A stretch of 63,627 nucleotides of DNA, counting the filler, from Reclinomonas americana ATCC 50394 (Eukaryota): assembly GCA_048213135.1 (NCBI GenBank). It is 18 parts of 18 records of this genome, joined end to end, with 100 filler letters (N's around TTAATTAATTAA, not from the genome) between each part and the next. Parts side by side here need not be neighbours in the genome. Positions count along the whole stretch, not along the records: positions 41,403 to 44,702 come from AFZH01023634.1; positions 44,803 to 48,073 come from AFZH01023635.1; positions 48,174 to 56,345 come from AFZH01023636.1; 15 more parts are not named here. One strand, given 5' to 3'. The translations under genes were made by a program, and so were the position numbers. Below are positions 42,732 to 53,606 of this stretch, piece by piece. The notes under the pieces were generated by a model. That model did not search any database and was not told the DNA's origin. It was given only the letters and a program-made list of their open reading frames with translations. The first letter of the stretch is position 1. Every line of letters starts with the position of its first letter.

Positions 42732-44333
42732 TTATTCCTTACGGATGCCGGTCGCGAGCGTGTACTCGTCGGTGCGGGCCTGCACCTTGACGCCCTTGCG
42801 CGAGGCCCAGGTGTTCAGCTGGTAATGCGTCGGGATCAAGCCGACATCGTTCATGCTGATCTCCATCGCCTCGGCCAGAGCGGCGTCGCGCTTGGCGTCG
42901 TCGACGGTGCGCAGCGCCTCGTCCAGCTTGGCATCGAAGGCCGGGTTGGAGTAGCGGCCGCGATTGGTCGCGCCCATGCCCTTCTTCGGGTCGAAGGTGG
43001 CGAGCAGCGCCTTCAGCGAGTCCGAGGATTCACCGGTGCCGGCGCCCCAGCCGACCAGGATGAACGAGAACTCGGGCACATTGCCCTGGCCGCCCTGCGA
43101 GGCGCGGGTGAAGAAGTTCGCCGACGGCAGCGTCTCGACCTCGGTCTCGATCCCCAAGCGCGAGAACATCTGCGCGACAGCCTCGATGATCTTGGTGTCG
43201 TTGAGATAGCGGTTGATCGGCCCGTGCAGCTTCATCTTGAAGCCGTTGGGATAGCCGGCCTCGGCCAGCAGCTTCTTGGCCCCGTTGAGGTCGAAGGCGA
43301 CCGGCTTCAGCTTCTTGGAGGTGCCGAAGAAGCCATCGGGCAGGAGCTGGCCGGCGGGGATCGCCTCCTTCTCCATGATGCGCTCGACGATGCCCGGGCG
43401 GTTGATCGCCATCGACAGCGCCTGGCGGACCTTGAGGTTGCGCAGCGGGTTCTTGATTTCCGAGCCGTCCTTGCCCTTGATGAAGGGCGAGACCTCGCGG
43501 AAGTGATCCATGTGGAAATAGATCACCCGGTTCGAGACCGTGCTCGAGACGTTGAGCTTGGCATCGCCCTTGAGGCGGGCGACATCCGAGGTCGGCACGT
43601 TCTCGATCACGTCGAGATCGCCGGCGAGCAGCGCCGCGACGCGCGTCGGCGCCGAGGTGATCATCCGGAACGTGACCTTCGACCAGGGCTCCTTGCCGCC
43701 CCAGTAGTTCTCGTTCGGGGTCAGCACGACGCGGTCGCCCGCGACATATTCGGCCTGCTTGTAGGGGCCGGTGCCACCGGCGGTGCACTTGCCGAGGTTG
43801 AAGTCCTCGGTGGTGGTGTCCTTGCACTTGGCCGGGATGATGCCGAAGGTCGAAAGGTCGGTGGGGACCAGCGGAGCCGGCTCCGTGGTCTTGATCCGGA
43901 TCGTGTGGTCGTCGACCTTGCTGAATTCCTTGCCGCGGACATAGGCGTTGAAGCTCGACGGGCTCTTCGGCACGTTCGGAGCGCGCTGCATGGTGGCGAG
44001 AACGTCGTCCGCAGTGAACGGCGAGCCGTCATGGAACGTGACGTTCTTGCGCAGCTTGAATTCCCAGGTGGTGTCGTCGATCGCCTTCCAGCTCTCGGCG
44101 AGCGCCGGCTTCAGCGCCTGCTTCTCGTCCTGCCCGACCAGCGGCTCGTAGATGTGGCGGGCCATCAGGTTGTTGGGGGTGAGGTTATGGTAGTGCGGAT
44201 CCATCGCGCTGAGCTCGGCCGACAGGCCGATCTTGAGTTCCTGGGCCGATGCCAGGCCGGCGATGGTCATGACCGGAGCCGCCAGAATGGCGAGCTTGAG
44301 AGCTTTCAGCCCGTTGGCGCTGAACGTTTTCAT
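42732..44333 (-). CDS. Peptide ABC transporter substrate-binding protein (family 5)
   Basis: Signal peptide, PALAESW, TFHDGSPFTADDV, GTGPYK and AKKLLAEAGYPNG. Confidence 0.93.
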   Translation of the reverse strand: MKTFSANGLKALKLAILAAPVMTIAGLASAQELKIGLSAELSAMDPHYHNLTPNNLMARHIYEPLVGQDEKQALKPALAESWKAIDDTTWEFKLRKNVTFHDGSPFTADDVLATMQRAPNVPKSPSSFNAYVRGKEFSKVDDHTIRIKTTEPAPLVPTDLSTFGIIPAKCKDTTTEDFNLGKCTAGGTGPYKQAEYVAGDRVVLTPNENYWGGKEPWSKVTFRMITSAPTRVAALLAGDLDVIENVPTSDVARLKGDAKLNVSSTVSNRVIYFHMDHFREVSPFIKGKDGSEIKNPLRNLKVRQALSMAINRPGIVERIMEKEAIPAGQLLPDGFFGTSKKLKPVAFDLNGAKKLLAEAGYPNGFKMKLHGPINRYLNDTKIIEAVAQMFSRLGIETEVETLPSANFFTRASQGGQGNVPEFSFILVGWGAGTGESSDSLKALLATFDPKKGMGATNRGRYSNPAFDAKLDEALRTVDDAKRDAALAEAMEISMNDVGLIPTHYQLNTWASRKGVKVQARTDEYTLATGIRKE

Positions 44334-44537
44334 TCCGAACCTCCCGATGGCTTCTGGGCGCCATCTTTAACAACTGAGCCGCGGGTGGCGAGTCGCCGGA
44401 TTGGCCGGTCTGCCCCTGATCTCGCCCGCCCGGGCTTGTAGAACGATTTCATATACCTGTAAATTATACGGCACGCGCTATGATATAACTTCGCTGCATA
44501 GGTAGATGCGGGGCGCGGATAGGGGCCGGACGCGATC

Positions 44538-44702
44538 ATGGTGAACACGGCGAGCGCCGAGCGGCGACCACCGAGCCTGCGCGAGCTCGAAGTGCTGCAA
44601 GCTATGATCGCGACCCGCAAGACCGTGGCAGCAGCACAGATGCTCGGCATTTCGCAGCCGGCAGTGTCGCGGGCGCTCGCGGCGCTGGAGGCTCATGTCG
44701 GC
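44538..44702 (+). CDS. LysR-family regulator, N-terminal HTH, truncated
   Basis: AAAQMLGISQPAVSRALAALE, divergent from the ABC operon. Confidence 0.9.
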
Positions 44703-44980
44703 NNNNNNNNNNNNNNNNNNNNNNNNNNNNNNNNNNNNNNNNNNNNTTAATTAATTAANNNNNNNNNNNNNNNNNNNNNNNNNNNNNNNNNNNNNNNNNN
44801 NNAGGGAGAGGGAGGGAGGGAGAGGGAGGGAGAGGGAGGGAGAGGGAGAGGGAGAGAGGGAGAGAGAGACTGGGAGAGAGAAAGGGAAGGAAGAGCTCAA
44901 GATCGTATGAGATTGTGCATGTGTGTCAGCGCGTGTGTGAGAGAGGGTGTGTGCATGCGTGTGCGTGCGTGCTTGCTCAC

Positions 44981-45904
44981 CGAGCACAATGACCGAGGTG
45001 GTGCCGTCGCCGACTTCCTCATCCTGCGCGCGGCTGAGCTCAATCATGCTCTTGGCGGCCGGGTGCTGCACGTCAATCTCACGCAGAATGGCGTTGCCGT
45101 CGTTGGTCAGCACAATGCCACCCATGGCATCGAGCACCATCTTGAGCATGGCCGACGGTCTGCGGAAACACCCCACACACACACAAGAAAGTATGAGGAA
45201 ATGCTCAGACACAAGTTGCGTGGAGGTGGTGGGGGGAGGGGGAGTAACGCACCCGAGCACAGTGCGAACCACATCGGCAATCACCTGTAAACAAGAATGT
45301 GCGCGTGTGAGTTGTCTCGTTGTCGAGGCATGCAGATGACCGACCAAAAACACACACACAACACCCCTCCCTCTTTGCCACACACGCACGAGAGAAGAGG
45401 AGGTCAATGAGAGAAAGAGCAGTGAGCATGGTGCGCTGCGTGTGATGCGCGTGAGAGAGAGTGAGCGCGTGGGAAAGAGTGAGTGGCAAAGTTAAACAGC
45501 CTTGTGTACAACTGACTTGTCAACATGCGCGCTTGGGAGATGCATGCAACGCCAACACGACTGACAGTGTCCACCAGTGCACACAACACAGCTCGCTCAT
45601 GCACGAGCAAAGGACAAGAGAGAGAGACACATACAAAGAGAGAGCGCGCGCGCGCAAAGACATGTCTCTGCCTCACACTCCTCGATGCCTACCTTTGCGG
45701 CGGTGATGTTGCCGAGCTGCGCCTTGCGACCCTTCTCGCGTTTTGTGCTCGTGTCTGCACGCACACACAGAGAGAAGGAGCGCGCGTGTGTGAGTGAGCA
45801 TGGCCGCACTTGTCATCACACAAACGCAAACACACGCGCACGCGTGCACGACGCAAAACGGGCGAGACGCAACTGAGCACCAACATTTGCTGACCGCCCA
45901 TCAT
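44981..45904 (-). CDS. CCT3: T-complex protein 1 subunit gamma, 5' exons (3' truncated)
   Basis: Spliced: [70 protein letters not shown]...[15 protein letters not shown]. Confidence 0.93.
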
Positions 45905-46081
45905 TTTCGCTGGAGTTCTTGAGTGTGAAGGGTGTGTGCGCAATTCCACACATCCACGCAACCAATCAACCACACAGCCTCACTCATTGACCAATGAGCG
46001 CCCGCAAGGTGAGCGTTCGCAGGCAAAGAGCACCTGCTCAACACTACGCGCACACAGCGACCACTCATCGCTGCGCAATTG
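45905..46081. promoter_or_regulatory. Putative bidirectional promoter CCT3/NSDHL with two CCAAT boxes
   Basis: Divergent starts about 180-210 bp apart. ACCAATC at 45961 and ACCAATG at 45990. Confidence 0.4.
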
Positions 46082-46111
46082 ATGCGAAAAACGAAAACAC
46101 GTGTGACTGAC

Positions 46112-47479
46112 ATGGCCGTGGACATCACACCACAGACCAAGTCCTCGTCGTCGGCGGCATCGGGATCGTCCTCCGGTGCTCGCGCCAGTGCATCCTCTGC
46201 GTCAGCATCATCGCGTCAGCGATGCCTGGTGACGGGCGGCTGCGGCTTCCTCGGCTCCTACATCGTGGACAAGCTGGTGGAGGAGGGCCACTCGGTGCGC
46301 GTCTTTGATCGCATCAAGCCCGAGGGCGCTGGCGAGGGCGGAGCGTCGTCGTCAGCTGGTCCGTCGGCGGGCGCATCCGCAGCCGCGGGGGCGGTGGCGG
46401 CGGGACACGGCGACGTTGAGTATGTGCAGGGTGACTTGACGCTGCTGGAGGAGGTGGCGGACGCGGTGGCCGGCTGCTCGGTGGTCTTCCATGTGGCCTC
46501 GATGACGGAGACGTGGGGCAAGCGACAGCGATTCTTTGATGTGCGTTTTTTTTGCAAGCAAAACACGCGACTCGTTTTCCAACACTGACTTGGTTTATGC
46601 AGGTGAATGTGCTGGGCACGGAGAACGTGTTGAAGGCGTGCGTGCGACACAATGTGCGCGCACTGGTGTACACGTCGACGCCGAGTGTGGTGATTGACGG
46701 CCGCAACATTGTCAATGGCGACGAGTCGCTGCCGATCGCCACCAAGTTCCTCGACTACTACACGGAGACCAAGGCCGAGGCGGAGACAATGGTGCTGCAC
46801 GCGAATGGCAGCAACGAGGGGCGACTGTTGACGTGCGCGATCCGGCCGCATGCGATGTTTGGGCCGCGCGACAACCACTTCTTCCCGCAGCTCATTCGCA
46901 AGGCGCGCGAGGGCAAGACCAAGTTCGCCATCGGCTCCGGCACCAACTCGGTCGACTTTACGTACGTCGGCAACGCCGCCGACGCGCATGTGCTGGCCAT
47001 GAAGTCGCTGCTGTCGGAGGCAAAGGCGGCGGCAGGTTGCGTGCTGCCTCGCACCTTGTCTTTTCCTTGCGTGTCGCTCACACCGTGCATGCTTTGCAGG
47101 TCAAGCCTACTTTATCACCAACGGCGAGCCGACGCTGTTCTGGGAGTTTATGCGTCGCGTGCTGACGCGTCTCGGGTACGCGGCCCCGTCGCGTCGCATT
47201 CCGTACTACGTGGCGTACGCGCTGGCGTACACGCTCGAGTCGGTGCACGCGTGCATTGGTGGCTGGCTGTGGGACTTCCGACCACCGCTGACGCGCTACC
47301 TCGTGGCCAACATGTGCACCGACCACTGGTTCTCGATCGAGAAGGCGCGCAAGGATCTCGGCTACGATCCACGCGTGTCGCTGGAGGAGGCACTGGAGAT
47401 GACGGTGCAGTACTATCGCGAAATGGGACTCGGCAACGAAGAGGAGCTGGCGCACGACGATCAGCCTCCCGATGAGTAA
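46112..47479 (+). CDS. NSDHL: Sterol-4-alpha-carboxylate 3-dehydrogenase (3-beta-HSD family), 2 introns; start may be 46082
   Basis: VTGGCGFLG, FFD|VNVLGTENV, VYTSTPSV, YTETK, IRPHAMFGP, DFTYVGN, G|QAYFITNGEP and KARKDLGYDP. Confidence 0.88.
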
Positions 47480-47557
47480 GCGCGATGCAAGAGGAGAAGG
47501 CAGACAAGGCAGAGAGTGACGAGAGGCAATGCAATACACTATTATCATCGTTTGTTG

Positions 47558-48024
47558 TCACACCGGTGGCATTGTGTAATTCATGTACACGGACATGATG
47601 GAGACGGCGACGGAGAGAATCAGCTGCTTGGTGTCGAGCTCCGAGTACTTTGTCGTCAAGCACCCCGACACGGTGCAAAAGAACGCGCCCCACGCAGCAA
47701 TCTTCCACTGCACGCACACAGTGAGACATGTGCCTCTCACGCGAACGCACGCACAAGAAACGCAACTCGCAGCATCAACGACACCGCACCCAACACCAGC
47801 GCCAGCAGCATGGTCAACCCGCCGCCAACCTCCTCCACTGACAGCATCGCCTGCGTGTACGGCACACCAGTGACCACTCGACGCGACGACGAAGACGATC
47901 CTCCTGCAACAGCAGACGATGACGACGCGCGCTTGGCCACGCGCGTCACCGGCACCGCCTTCACAGCCTCGTCCTCAGACCCCGACGAGGACGAGTCGGC
48001 AACAGGAGACTGCGGGTCGCTCAT
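47558..48024 (-). CDS. WDR83OS: PAT complex subunit Asterix (UPF0139/WDR83OS), 1 intron 47708-47766
   Basis: SLMLR|WKIAAWGAFFCTVSGCLTTKYSELDTKQLILSVAVSIMSVYMNY matches the Asterix pattern LMLxxKxxAW...DTKQ. Confidence 0.78.
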
Positions 48025-48355
48025 GGATAGGAAGGAGATGAGAAGTCTGTCGATCGAGGTGCAAAACACTCTGNNNNNNNNNNNNNNNNNNNNNNNNNNN
48101 NNNNNNNNNNNNNNNNNTTAATTAATTAANNNNNNNNNNNNNNNNNNNNNNNNNNNNNNNNNNNNNNNNNNNNAGAAGGGGGGAAAACGGAAGGTGACGG
48201 AATCGTAGAGTGTTTGTTTGTTTGTGTGAAGGAGAGAGGCAGAAAGAAGAAGAGCAGCAGCAGCAGCAGGAGTGGAGGCCGAGACAGTGACAAAGTAATT
48301 TCTCCTGGTGAATGACTTGTTGTTGTTGTTGCCTGCTCACGTGCGGTTGCTGCAG

Positions 48356-49405
48356 TGCCCGTGTTGTTGCCGTCGGAGATAGAGGTGATTTGGAGCCGCA
48401 TGTTCAAGGTGTACTCGCACTTTTACAACAGCCAGTTTGACGTGCTGACGGTGCGTTCGTCGTTGTCGCTGGTTGGGATGGGTGGGCGCACTCAACTGAA
48501 TCTTCTGCGCAGAGGCTACGCATGCACGATCCGTGGAATGCGGCGTTTTTCGCCTTGGTGCAAGACAATTTCAAGTACGATGTGGTGTCGCAGACGCCCG
48601 AGGCCTTGCGCAGTGTTATTAGCTCGCTGGTCAGCGGACGCCCTGTCACCATTCCCGTGCGACGTCTCTCGTATCGCCCGCAACCGCCGCCCATGGTGGC
48701 TGCGGCCTCTGCTGCCTCTGCTTCCTCCCCGTCGCCGCCGTCGTCTCCGGCCCAAGGTGATCTCACTGCGCGCTGTTCTGGTAATGTGTGTTTGTTGTGC
48801 CTCACTCCGCCCTCCCCCTAAGTGTACGGTGAGATGCTGGACGGCATGGACGGCGACAGTGAGATTGGCTCGCCGGGCGAGCGCATGCATGTGCACACGT
48901 CGGAGGTGGAGCTCGTGCCGACCACGCCACCGGTGCGTGGCGACTGCCTGTCCCTTCTCCGCCTCATCGTCCTCACTCGCCGTGTGCACACAGAATGTGG
49001 TGTTGAAGAAGGGCCTGCTGCAAAAGAGGGGCCACATGGTGAAGAACTGGAAGTCGCGTGCGTTTGTGTTGTACTGCGATCGCCTCGAGTACTGGACCGA
49101 CAGTTGCGTCCTCTCGCCTGTGTTGTGCCAGCACGAATGCATACTCACTCGGGCAAACACAAACAGGTGACTCGTCGGCCACTCTCAAGGGCGTGATCCA
49201 CCTCTCCGATGTTGACGAGATGACGGATCGCGGCACCGAAGGCTCCTTCCACTACTTCAAGATCATGGGGCGCGAGGGCCTGGAGAAGAAGAACAAGAAC
49301 TTTTTAGTGCGCACCACCTCCATTGGCGTCAAGCAGGACTGGATGCAGGCCATTGATCAGGCCATGGAGCAGTTCCGCAACGCGCTCCTCATCTCCGTCG
49401 ACTAA
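48356..49405 (+). CDS. Mob1/phocein-like domain fused to a C-terminal PH domain, 5' partial
   Basis: IWSRMFKVYSHFYNSQFDVLT|RLRMHDPWNAAF resembles Mob1 ILKRLFRVYAHIYHQHF. PH domain: KKGLLQKRGHMVKNWKSRAFVL...LKGVIHL...QDWMQAI. Confidence 0.72.
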
Positions 49406-49622
49406 GAAGTGATAGGGAGTGTCGTTTTTTCCTTTTTGCCTTTCGTTGCATAGATATCGCGTTTTTTTGGGGGGTGGAGAAGTAAGTGTATGAGTGTTTT
49501 GGTCGACGAGTCCGTGGCGCAACGAGGACAGCGAGAAAGGGAGGCAGAAACGACGCTGCTTTTCCTTGCCAGGGCGATGCTCGTTGCTGGGGGCCAGCTG
49601 GGAATCATGACAAATGTGGTAC

Positions 49623-49693
49623 GGGCCCATGGTTTAACGGTAGAACATCGGTCTACGGAACCGGAGACCAGGGTTCGACTCCCTGTGGGCCCT
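49623..49693 (+). tRNA. tRNA-Arg(ACG)
   Basis: Cloverleaf: acceptor GGGCCCA/TGGGCCC, D-arm GTTT/GAAC, anticodon arm TCGGT-CTACGGA-ACCGG, T-arm CAGGG-TTCGACT-CCCTG. No encoded CCA. Confidence 0.93.
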
Positions 49694-49698
49694 CCTGA

Positions 49699-49705
49699 TT
49701 TTTTT
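49699..49705 (+). terminator. Pol III oligo-T terminator of the tRNA
   Basis: T7 run 5 nt after the discriminator base. Confidence 0.8.
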
Positions 49706-49783
49706 GCATTTTTTCTATTTTTTTGCCACTCCATTTCACGAAATTCCCTCACTCACTCACACACAACTCAGCCAGCAACAACA

Positions 49784-51572
49784 ATGAGCTCAGGAAGCGC
49801 GTCGGGCTACGACAGATACATCTCTATCGTTGCGTCTGCGCGCAGCAGCTGAACTCGCCTTGCGCGTGTCTGTCTGTGTGTGTGTTTGCTTGTTGCGCGC
49901 CAAATCGACCTTTTGTCATGCGTGTTGTCTCTCTGCCCCCCCACACACTCTCCTCTCCTCATGTGCGATGGGCGCTGAACTGACACGCGCGTGTGCAGTT
50001 CTCACCAGAAGGCAAGCTGTACCAAGTCGGTGAGTGGACATTGCACCCTTGTGCTCTCCTCTCCACGCGCGCGCGCGCGCACGTGTTATGTTCATCATCC
50101 CTCACACTCCTTGTCTGCACTCTCCCACTCCACAGAGTACAGCTTCAAGGCCGTCAAGGTGTGCTCACTTGCACTCTGGTGAATGGTGATTGATCAATCC
50201 TCTCACACACTCTCTTGCTGTCTCTCTCACAGTCATGCGGTCTCACCTCGGTCGGCACGAGGGGCGACGAGACAGTGTGTGTGGCCATTCAGAAGAAAGT
50301 GCCTGTTGCGTGCAGATGCATTCACTTGGGTCATCCAATTTGAGATGATGAACGCCTGACTCTTCTTCTTCATTCATCATTAGGACAAGTTGCTGGACGC
50401 TGGCACTGTGACTAGCCTCTACTCCATCACCCCGACCATTGGCTGCGTCATGACGGGTCTGCCGGCTGATGCGCGTGCGGTGGTCGCTCGTGCGCGCCAG
50501 GAGGCTGCTGACTTTGAGTACCGGGTATGTGTGGCAAGAGAGAAAGGAGTGGAAGGCAGCAATCTGTTTCTTTGTTTCACCCTGGTGTCTTGTGCGTCAG
50601 CTCCGGTTCCTCTCCGATTCCTTATCATGCTCTTGGCATCGCTGCTATTCTTTTCCTCTCGCTCTCTCTCCCCTTCCAATCTTCCTTTTGCCCTCTCCCA
50701 TGCCTCCCCCTTCTGTTCACTCCTCCTCCGTTCTCTTCCTGTCTTCCTGTTTTCTTGTCCTCCTTCTGCATTCCGCTGCCTATCCTCTCCTCTTCTCTCG
50801 TCTCTTCTCCCTCTCTCTCTCTCACACACACGCACACACTCCTCTCCCTTCTCTCCTCTCTCTCTCCTCTCTCTCTCTCCTCTCCTCTCCTCTCCTCTCC
50901 TCTCCTCTCCCTTTCTCATCTTCGCTCTTCTCCTCTCCTCTCCTCTCCCTTACTCATCCACGCTCTTCTCCTTCAATCCCTCAGTTCGGCTACGACATCC
51001 CCGTGTCGTCACTGGCACGCCGCATGGCCGACCAGGCACAAGTTCGCACGCAGTACGCCGGCCAGCGCCCGTTCGCTGTCTGTTGCGTGCCATCACCATT
51101 TTCTGTCTCCGTGTCCCCCACTGTCGAGGAACACTGTTTTTCTCATTCACGCGAACAGCCATGATGCTCTCCGCCATTGACGAGGAGGACGGTCCGCAAC
51201 TGTTCAAGGTGGATCCCGCGGGCTACTACGTGGGCTACCGGGCAACATGCGCCGGTGTGAAGGAGCAGGAGGGCACCAACTTCCTGGAGAAGAAGTTCCG
51301 CCACAATCCCAGCCTGAATTTCGACGAGACCGTGCAGGTGTGTGTGTGCATGCTGTCAAACGTGCACACTTATGTGTTGACGCTGACGCATTCGTTGTGT
51401 ATGTGTGTGCGTGTGGCAGATGGCGTTGCACACGCTGCAGTCGGTGATTGGCCAAGAGTTCAAGCCGACGGACGTGGAGGTCGGTGTCGTGCACGCGAAT
51501 GACCCCGAGTTCCGCATCCTGCCGCAAGAAGAGGTGGAGTTCCACCTGACGGCCCTCGCCGAGCGCGACTAA
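49784..51572 (+). CDS. PSMA6: Proteasome subunit alpha type-6 (alpha1), 7 introns
   Basis: Spliced: [26 protein letters not shown]|...QKKVP|DKLLD...[20 protein letters not shown]...[12 protein letters not shown]...HLTALAERD*. Confidence 0.96.
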
Positions 51573-51716
51573 AGAACATGGATCAGCAGCAGCATCGTCA
51601 TCATCATCGTGCATCCACAGCTTCTTGCTTGGCGTGTGTGTGTGCGTGTGGTGATTGACCGGGGAAAGTGAAATGCTCTTGTGGTAGTCTCGTTTCGTTA
51701 TCACTTTTTCTATTCA

Positions 51717-53538
51717 TCATCTTTCTTTCTTGCCAATCTCGTCCACTGGCGATAATGGCGGCTCTTGCGAGCGCAGCACGAGTGCGAAGAAGCCGATATT
51801 GGCCGCGAGGAAGCACACCGACGCCAGCCACACGAACAGGTGCACAGAGGCGGCCTTGAGCTCGAGAAAGTAGGCCGGCAGCAGCCAGGACAACTAGAAA
51901 TGAACCAGTCAATGACTGAAACTCGATAGTATCTGCTGCTGCTGCGTCCACCAACGCACCTGCACGCCCATGAAGAGTGCAAATGCCGACCAAGCGCACT
52001 GAACTGAACGCACTCGCGGCCACACCAGAGGGAACAGCGCAAAGAACCAGACAAAGTACTGCAACCAAAGAGATGAGTTGACTGTGTCACCTGTCGAAAG
52101 CAAGGAATGACACACCTGTGCCGTACACACACTGTTGAGGGCGACAAAGAGCACGGTTTGCGAGAAGAGGGCAGCCGGCAGACTGACGTGAGCGAGCACA
52201 AAGCCGACGGCTCCGCACGCAATCAGCTGGCCATCGTCATGATCACCATGAGACCCAAGTTCCATTCAAGTGTTTGCAAGAGTCCCCTCACCTGCGGCAG
52301 AAACCCGAGCGTCGGCACGAATACCTCCGGAGCAGCCTTTAGCAAGTACTGTGGCAGGAACGCCAGCGAGAAGTTGTGCTTGAAATCCACACGGCGCAGG
52401 TGATACAACAGGGCGTGCTCCAGGAAGTCGTCTTTGCAGCTGCGGCAAAGAGGCATGAGAAGAACGGAAGCGATGCCAACGTTAAACACAAGGCGACGCA
52501 CACAGCGTAGCACAGCGCAAAGAGCACAATGTAGGTGGCCAGTGCTGTGACGGCAAAGCGCCACACGGCACCGCACGTGGCCGTCCTCCACAGCGATCGC
52601 CACCATTGCACCGGCGCCACAACCTGTGTAAGATGCTCAGTCACGACGCAACCAAACGAGGGACGCGAACATAGCTGAGGACCTTGTCACCACGAACGGC
52701 CATGGCAAGCGACACAGCCAGGGCGGGTGCGTAGACCACGGGATACAGCTTGAGGTGCACGGCCGTGCCAAAGCTGTGAGCACAGTTCAGTGCGCTGAAT
52801 GGTGAGATCGCACGAGCCATGAACGGCCACGCAACGCCACAGCCGCCAGCACTTCCCGTCGCCGCTCCAAAAAGAACAGCGTGAGCAGCACGAACAGCGC
52901 AATGATAATATCCGAGTTGCCGCGCGTGCTGACGTTGATGATGACTGCGAGGAGCTCAGCACAAGCAGCAGCTTCTGGGCATCGACAAACGGAAGATGCA
53001 CGCAACTCGGATGCCACGCCAACAGCGCCACCGCCTGCCACGCCTTCTCGGCCGGCACCAGCTGCGCCACCAGCACACCACACAGCAGATTCGCCACACT
53101 CAACAGCAGCTTGGCCGAGCCGGCAAACCACAGCACGTTGGGCAAGTACAGCAGTGCGCTGCAAAGCAGAGACAGAGAGCAATCGCGATACCAAGTGAGA
53201 AAGCGATCGGCGATCGCCCACGAGCGATCAGTGATCGCCGAGGATTCAAGAAGAGCGATCTGATCGCCAACGCAACAAGAGTGGACTGTATCGATAGGTA
53301 GCACGAGCGTACGGGCACTGGCCCTGCGCCACAAAGCTCGCTCCATCCGTGAACACCGCATGATCAATGTCGGTGTACTTGACAGCGTCTGCATAACATG
53401 TGTGAGTGAGAGAGAGCGATCGCCCGAGCACTGAAAGCGGGTTCCATCGACGCAACAGTGCTGATCGTGCCAGTGTGAGTACGCAAACACAACGCCGTGG
53501 ATGAGTGCGCTGAGGCACACCACGCGTCGCGTGTTCAT
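51717..53538 (-). CDS. PIGM: GPI mannosyltransferase 1 (PIG-M/Gpi14), multi-intron
   Basis: [56 protein letters not shown] and AYFLEL. Confidence 0.92.
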
Positions 53539-53606
53539 TCGCTGCTTGACGAAGACAGAAAGGAGTGAGTCACCACACTCTTCCTGTTCAACGTGTGTGT
53601 GAGAGA

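Noticed and set aside
38845..44441. Very long antisense ORFs (642 aa at 38845-40773, 855 aa at 41874-44441)
   Set aside because: Shadow ORFs typical of high-GC coding DNA, lying opposite well-recognised ABC genes.
29328..44802. Large bacterial insertion (HGT) in the protist genome
   Set aside because: Every eukaryote/bacterium transition coincides with an artificial linker, and there is no within-segment junction.
49623..49693. Codon reassignment suggested by a tRNA(ACG) lacking A20 and having U73
   Set aside because: CGT/CGC codons occupy conserved Arg positions in PSMA6 and CCT3, spliced conserved genes show no in-frame stops, and A20 is not universal in eukaryotic tRNA-Arg.
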